A stretch of DNA of 64,000 nucleotides from Octopus vulgaris (lineage: Eukaryota). The notes under the pieces were generated by a model. The model did not search any database. It worked only from the letters and a program-made list of their open reading frames with translations, and was not told where the DNA came from. Position numbers and translations under genes: made by a program. Position 1 is the stretch's first letter. Every line of letters begins with the position of its first letter. Location of the stretch: positions 71,300,001 to 71,364,000 of the forward strand of contig OX597817.1 of assembly GCA_951406725.2 (NCBI GenBank), given 5' to 3'. Positions 56,191 through 64,000 of the stretch are shown one piece after another.

Positions 56191-56408
56191 TCAAAATGTG
56201 ACCGCGTGTGTACCGTTGGCGATTTTTTTTCCTCCGTCTTCCCTTCTCTGGATCTTTCCTTATCCTATGTTTCTGACGAAGAGCTCCGCTCGGAACGTAA
56301 GACCCTCCTTCTTCCTTTCCTTCCTGAGCGTCCAATAATACTATATTTGTCCCACGTTCTCGCGTTGTTGTGTTTTCTCTTTGTGTTTTCATGTTTGGAT
56401 TAACTTTA
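56190..56408 (+). mobile_element. PLE-like relic with hammerhead motif (56269-56303), flanked by (TA)n on both sides
   Basis: gttt-CTGACGA-A-GAGC-tcc-GCTC-GGAA-cg-TA-agac; homologous to 37070-37272. Confidence 0.7.
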
Positions 56409-56538
56409 TATATATATATATACATATATTTATATACTTTGTTTTGGGATTTGGTTTAAATAAATGAATATATGAGTGGAAACTTTACCGGTGGGTATGT
56501 TCAATAATAGGGCACTAAAAGAGAATGACTCGCCAGAC

Positions 56539-56603
<65 letters not shown>

Positions 56604-56656
56604 CAAACATATACATTGAAAAATATATGACTATATATGCACATATATATATATAT

Positions 56657-56692
<36 letters not shown>

Positions 56693-57226
56693 ACACACAC
56701 ACACACACACACACAAACACACACAGACACACACACACATAATCATATATCTATTGAGACCTTGTAAAACTTTTAGCTTGCTCTACGTTTCATTCTGTAC
56801 AGAACATTCAGAAACCTGATACATTTAATTTATCATATTTAATATATAAATAAATATAGCAAAACTGCATATAGATTTTTGAAATATTTAAATAACCTCT
56901 ACTTCATTTTATAATGGCATTTCAAGAGTACAGGTTTGTTTAAATTTCGTTCAATAAATTTTTTGCAAGCCGAAAAAAAATAAAAAAATGATTCATAGTA
57001 TAACTAATCGATTAACAAAATGTACTTTTAGTGCGTCATAATATCGCTGCCATTGTATATACGCCGTGATGGCGGACATATTGAAAATTATAACTTCGAT
57101 AAAATATAATTTAGCATATATTTGAAAATCTAAAGAAGTCTCTTACTAATATTTTTCGCTGGCCCAGATTTTTTCAAGGTCTTTGCAATGATTTGTATGT
57201 ATATGTGCGTGTGTGTGTTTGCATGC

Positions 57227-57312
<86 letters not shown>

Positions 57313-57480
57313 CTGTATGAGTTGGAGGTTAAACAACCATCTAAGGGATAGTAAATATCCAATATACTACTGGATGTATACCTGCGTAATTATATCCAAG
57401 TGCTTACCTTTGCAGGGCAATATCGCAGTGGAATAGAAGGTATGGGTGGGGGTAAACCAGAAATTTACCCAGGATTTATG

Positions 57481-57771
57481 AGGCAAATAAGAAAACGGAG
57501 AGGATAAACAATCGACAAACATCAGCCTGTAAACATTCGATTATATCTAATTATTAATTGATTACAATCATATGCGTAAGTGATTCAAATAAATATATAA
57601 ATAAGCAAGTATATATTTATTTATATATTTATTTACTTATTTATATACTTATTTCATTTGTATATTTGGATCACTTACACATATGATTGTAATCAATTAA
57701 TAAATAGATCTAATCGAATGTTTACAGGCTGATGTTTGTTGATTGTTTATCCATATCCATTTTCTTATTTG

Positions 57772-57774
<3 letters not shown>
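57481..57774. repeat. Long foldback (arms about 120 bp, AT-rich centre)
   Basis: aggcaaataagaaaa...aaacatcagcctgtaaacattcgatta pairs with taatcgaatgtttacaggctgatgttt...ttttcttatttgcct. Confidence 0.9.
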
Positions 57775-57821
<47 letters not shown>

Positions 57822-57856
57822 GGTTTGTATGATTGTGTATAGAGGGATATATATTA

Positions 57857-58317
57857 TTCAAAGAAATTCCAATTCTGTCTGTTTGTTATGCTTTATTTAT
57901 ATTCTTTATAATATTAATGTAGAATATAGAATATATAGTACAAATAGTATATATAGTAAAATGAAATGAATTATTGATTGTCTTATTGAATAGATGAAAT
58001 ATTGAATATCAAATATGAAGGGACTTGTATACTTTCTTGCATTATAGCAGTCTTCAAGGTCCCAGGTTGTGACAGGAGTATTTCAACTGTTGAAATACTC
58101 CTGTCACAACATGGGACCTTGAAGACTGCTTTAATGCAAGAAAGTATACTAGTCCCTTAATATTTTATACTCAATATTTCATCTATTCAATAAAACAATC
58201 AATACTTCATTTCATTTTGTTAGATATATATTATTTATACTATATATTCTATATTCTACATTAACATTATAAAGAATATAAATAAAACATAAAAAACAGA
58301 GTTGGAATTTCTTTGAA
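57857..58317. repeat. Long palindrome (arms about 230 bp, 1-nt spacer at 58088) between (TA)n tracts
   Basis: Centre gttgtgacaggagtatttcaac-t-gttgaaatactcctgtcacaac; ends ttcaaagaaattcc / ggaatttctttgaa. Confidence 0.93.
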
Positions 58318-58370
<53 letters not shown>

Positions 58371-59525
58371 GTGTGTGTGTATGTGCGCGCGTATGTCTAT
58401 GGTGTGAGTATGTGTGGATCTTTGTTTGTGTTGGCGAACTGTCTGACAACCAGTTTTGGTTTCTTTAACTCCCCACAACTTAGCATTTCGGCAATAGTCT
58501 CTGACTAGGTTTTAAAATTAAGTATTGAGATTGATTTGTTCCACTAAACCATTGAAAGCTGTGCTGCAGCATGGCGACCATCTGTTGAGTGAAACAAGTG
58601 AAAAACAAAAGCGTATATAAATTTTAATTTGATGTTTCATATGCATAAATCGAGATTTTCAACAGGCTGGCAATCTTTTGCAATATCTGTGAACACTATC
58701 TGGACAGCGTGTCGCCACCCACCTCCTGTCCAATCACGCGGTCCAAGAAATTCAGATTGGGATCTCTACTTCGATGGATCCGACATCGCTGTAATTCCAG
58801 GGAATTACTACTTAAGGGGAGAAAATTGTTTCTAAGTTTATTTTTGATATTGAGAAATCATTAGCAATGAGTGAAAAGAGAATACATGTTTCCATATAAT
58901 TATGTTAATTTTTTCATGAGATAAAATCCTTAAAGTCTCTGATAGCCGTGAATAGTACTATTTCGTCCTCTTTCTATACTCTTCACTATAATATAACTCG
59001 AGATTATTAAATTCGTTAATATAAATTGATATAAAAGTTAAAAACGATCTTATTTTTTATTCTTCTAACAGTGGAGAAAAGAAAGGAAGAGAGCTAGAGA
59101 TATAGGTAGAGGGAGAAAAACCTCTTGCATGTTTTTTTTTTATAGATATATATGATTCACTGTATCGACCAGACTATTGAATGTTGTTATGCAACTCTGG
59201 TCACAAATCGCTTCCTCACATTGTAGATTTCGAATGAGGACACTCCGCTGACTAGGTGACTAGGCCAACATTTCCTCCGAATGCGACACCATTCCGTCGC
59301 AGGATTACTCATTTACAGCTGAGTGGATGGAACAACGAGAAATTGAGTTCTTTGCTGAAGAATACAACACACTGTCGATCTAGGAATTGAAACCACGATC
59401 TCGCGTTCGTGAGTGCAACATCCTAACCACTCGGTCACGTGCCCCCACAAACAAACACACACATACATGCATAAACGAATACGTGCATACATACACATAT
59501 ACATATATGCATACACATATACATA

Positions 59526-59573
<48 letters not shown>

Positions 59574-59727
59574 TATTTATTAAATACCATATATGTTTTT
59601 ATGTGCTACTATTATAGTTTCATGTGCTGAGAACATGCCAAATAGTGTTTTAGAACACATCTGGTGTCCCAGCACAATCATCAGACACTTCCCACATGGC
59701 ATAACGACCTAAATAAATGTGTGTGTG

Positions 59728-59767
<40 letters not shown>

Positions 59768-62138
59768 CTCTGGTATTGTTAATCAACTAGTTGAAATACT
59801 GCAGAAACATTTATTGATAGTGGGATTCTTTTCATAAGGTAAAGTGAAATTTATTGATATTATTGATTTAACTGGTATCTTAGTCAAGTAGTTCAATAAG
59901 CCGTTAAGGGCGAAACCTGAGGTCCCATTCAAATCAATATTATCAATAAAATAAATGCATGTATAAAACATATGCATATATAAATAAAGAAAATGAAAGA
60001 TAATTAGCAGCTGGAATCGAAATCTTTTTGGTGGTTCTGCATCACAATCTAGAATGCTAAGCGAGCTTGCTAGAATTCTCGAATACTAGAATGTTAGAAT
60101 TCCAGAATTCTATGAGCATGAAATATGAATACTCGTAAATAACATTACCTCGGAATACTCGCATCTAACAAATAGACTATATTTAAATATTCATGCTGAA
60201 AGAAAGAGAGAGAGAGAGAGCATGTGTGTATTTTAGAGAGGGAATATGTGTGTTTTGGAGAGGGAGTGTGTGTGAGTGTGTGTATGTGTATGTGCATGTG
60301 TTCTCGCGTGTTTGCGTGTGCTACCAGCTATAATGTGTAATATATTTCAAAAATCAAGAAACCATAGTATACTTGCAGCCTCAGAGGAAATATTTGAGAT
60401 CCAACCTCCTTGCAGCGGAAGCAAAGTATCTTTTGGCATAACTGCTCGAACAACAGCTGTTAAGTGGCTTCGTCGAATATCGAGGTTTCCGACTTTACAA
60501 TTCACTTAGCAACAACGTTGAGTTGAATAAGTTTACAGGATCATTTATTTATTTATTCGTTTTTATGAATGGTTATCTTACAAAATTTTCAACAAATGTC
60601 TGTGAATTATCAGTATTTCTTTAAATCTATAACGGCTCTTGCGTTGTAGACTGAACCTTTGATATGTTTCAGCACAGCTACTAGACCTTGAGTGCGTTTA
60701 GTCTGCTGTAAGCATTCAGATGGGTCTACAGTCTGAAGATAACTTCTGCCTCTGCTACAGTCAGTCAGCCTCAGAGGTCCAAACAAGGGTCATGGACGTT
60801 GGTCATTCTTCGTCTCAGAAGCAATTAAAAAGTCTACGAGAACTGTGTGTTAAGAAAGCAACATAGTAACTAACTAGCCACACAAGAAGCCTGTGTGGGA
60901 TTGATCAATCATTCAGAAATAGCAGCCAAATATCCCTTGTATCACAGCTACTGTCCTGCGGTTGAGAATCACACACTACTTTCAGATCATATCCTATTGC
61001 CCTACCATAGGGTGGGATTTGAAAGAGGTCTCTACGTGCTTTATTTGACAGAAGGCTCTATATTTGCGTGAGGTTTTGTATGGCGATGACCGAACTGTTA
61101 GAAACAGTGCCCAGAACATTTTCAAATCATCCCCACCGTACAACGGCATGATACGAGGGTGGCCTTTACGAGTTTGAGTTAGAGAAACCTGCGTGGTGAT
61201 TTCAGGCCGCTACGGGGTTAACCAATCTCCCGGAAATTGTGGTCAAATCTCCCTCAAATCACGCCCTATGGTCCTAGAAAAGGAAGGAGACTTTAAATAA
61301 TGCGGTCGTGTCTGTGCACGGAATGATCATGGCTGGAACACATTTGGATCAGAGATGAATAACAAAATAGAAACATGGAAACTTTGCTTTTCATTGTGAT
61401 ATATTTTTATGGTTTATCTTACTGGTTGCTTTGTCGATTTAATGACCGTTACCTTTCACCAAATTTCAAATCTTGTATTATGCAAGACATTAGTACTACT
61501 ACTGCTATTGCTACTGCTACTGCTGCTGCTGCTGATACTAATGCTGCTGCTGTTGATGTTGATGATATTAATGGAAGTTCCTTCGTGTCCGAGGATCATG
61601 TAAACCAATACTTCGCATGGCTTTAAATGGCATCCCGTAGTGGGGCCTTAGTTCGGGTGTTTCAAAATTTTGAGGAGTGTGGAACCACCTCTTAGCCGCT
61701 TTTGTTCCAAGGTCTACTTTGACCCGGAGTAATAGAACTAGTCAGGGTCCTGGTATGGGTTAACTAGCATGTTATGGGTGAAACTCCAAGTACAAACCCT
61801 CACTACCTTGTAAATTCAATGGAAAAGGAAAATTAAAAGGCGAGACTGGAAATCAAGAAGTGGAGTCTCTCAGACGATTTGGTGTTCTCTTTGACAACCT
61901 TTCGGCTACTTTAGGGTAGATGGGCTTATCTGGCCCTGTAAATCAATTCAACTGTTAGAAAGCCACTTCATTGTAAAGCCGACAGCTTGTTGGCCACCGC
62001 TGCCGTTTTATCCCGTAGAGCCATTGTGGTCAGACCTCCAAGTCTAAAGAATTGGATCGTGCTGCAGAGACTGATTCTTGCTTTAAAACTACTAATCCAC
62101 AAGCAAGAAGAAAAAACCCTGCAGCCTCAATAATCGGT

Positions 62139-62139
62139 T

Positions 62140-62209
<70 letters not shown>

Positions 62210-62227
62210 GCTGCTGCTACTACTACT
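62139..62227. repeat. (TAC)n microsatellite
   Basis: Direct reading. Confidence 0.95.
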
Positions 62228-62777
62228 GTAGATGATGTTAGAGTTCTTTGTGAGGGAAAATCCCGTCAGAATCTACTATGCAGTTTATATTTCGATCAAT
62301 AAAATCACCCCAGTGAGTCATAAGGCTTTGGTTTTGGGTTTTTTTTTTAACATATACATTTTTTGTTCCAAATCTTGCACACTTGGTTAATGAGTCCCTC
62401 ATCAATAGTTTGGCAAACAACGCGTTGATTACGTTCGTTAAAGAAGTCTGATTAGATCGAATTATGTCAAGAGTTATCTACCGCACTGGCCAAATGATTA
62501 ACTGTAGCAATGGCCATTGATCTAATGTCGTTTTTCGTATGTATTTTCGAAAGTACAGTTTTGACGATCACCCCAGTGAATATGCTAACATTAACTTAAC
62601 CATCGTTTTTCTTTCATGCAGGTGGCGTCTCTGAGTAATTAACTTTAGTGATTTATCTATCTACTGTAATCATATACCCAGAGTCGGATTGGTGCAAGCG
62701 TTTCGATTCTTTTAGCCTTTGTGTCATGTTTATGAATTATTTTCTGCATCATTGCTGTTAGTCACCAGTTCTAAATC

Positions 62778-62901
<124 letters not shown>

Positions 62902-63084
62902 ATATGTATATATATATATATATATATATACATGTACGCATGTATATGGAGCTTTTTAACCAACAACTTCAATGCTAACAACTTCATAATATGTATATAT
63001 TATATACATATTATACATACTCATACGCACACACACAAATATATAGATATACATGCATGTATATATGTGTGTGTATATATATAC

Positions 63085-63153
<69 letters not shown>

Positions 63154-63497
63154 TTATATGTGTATTCGTATTATACTCAAATATTGATAATCTCAGTGTA
63201 GCAGATTGTATTGGACATTCAGTTTATCAGCTGCCGATAAGAGATCAGTAGGTGTTCAATGGCTTTGGACATTATTGTAACACTTGATACTGCCATGAAA
63301 ATATTCGGGTTCATTGACCCAGATCAAAGCACTCTGTTCCATCTGCGTCTATGTGTTTATCGATTCTGCCAATTCTGGATTTAACACATAAATCCAGAAC
63401 AGCTGTGGCAATTCCAAAGTGCTTTCGAAGCAAACATATAAACATAAAAATACATGCATATACATAAGTACATATACATACACATAAACACACACAT

Positions 63498-63536
<39 letters not shown>

Positions 63537-63886
63537 TACATTCAAACATGTATGCAAATATACATATATAAGCGTGTGTATGTGTGTATGCTTGTATGTA
63601 AGATAGCATGTAAATGTGTGTGTATATGTGTGTATATGCGTGTGTGTGTGCGTTGTATATGTATGTAACGGAATCTAAAGAAATACATGCTAGAATTATA
63701 GCTGCTACGTATATATGTATGTGTATCCATCCATCTATCCATCCATTCATCCATCCTACACTCGATCATACATACATACATACATACATACATACATAAT
63801 GGTGTCCTGAATATTTTACCGGAAATCCATGCAAAATAATTCATTATAATTATGCATACTTTGCAACAGCAAATCATTTACATGTA

Positions 63887-63987
<101 letters not shown>

Positions 63988-64000
63988 CGGGAGATGGATA

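Noticed and set aside
60048-60115. Short agaat-periodic repeat; also small tandem repeats at 49291-49420 and 15573-15608
   Set aside because: Simple slippage duplications with no further structure.

Overview
This is eukaryotic, AT-rich, intronic or intergenic DNA with no confidently identifiable host gene. The repeat landscape is typical of an octopod cephalopod (Octopus sp.); that assignment is inferred from the repeats, not proven. A large part of the window is microsatellite ((TA)n, (CA)n, (TATC)n, (TATG)n, (TAA)n, (TAG)n, (CAT)n, (CTT)n), and almost all ORFs in the track are read-throughs of these. Recognisable elements are: more than 20 copies of a tRNA-headed SINE with a Meta/MESC-like core and two alternative 3' tails; a CORE-like SINE; fragments of an L1/Tx1-like LINE (zf-RVT); 3' ends of probable R4/Dong-like LINEs in (TAA)n; two short Helitrons; a Helitron that carries a Merlin (IS1595-like) transposase fragment; and Merlin, mariner and hAT MITEs. 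Four observations stand out. (1) Short non-coding elements contain minimal type I hammerhead-ribozyme motifs of the Penelope-like (PLE) kind. (2) Three long palindromes have their symmetry axis immediately 5' of a hammerhead-like 3' half (GAAA-stem III-UH), suggesting snap-back at the ribozyme stem II. (3) One SINE tail matches the Tx1-like LINE 3' end and occurs in exact 184-nt multimers. (4) A Helitron/Merlin chimera is present. All family assignments come from visual motif recognition without database searches, and the coordinates of degenerate copies are approximate.
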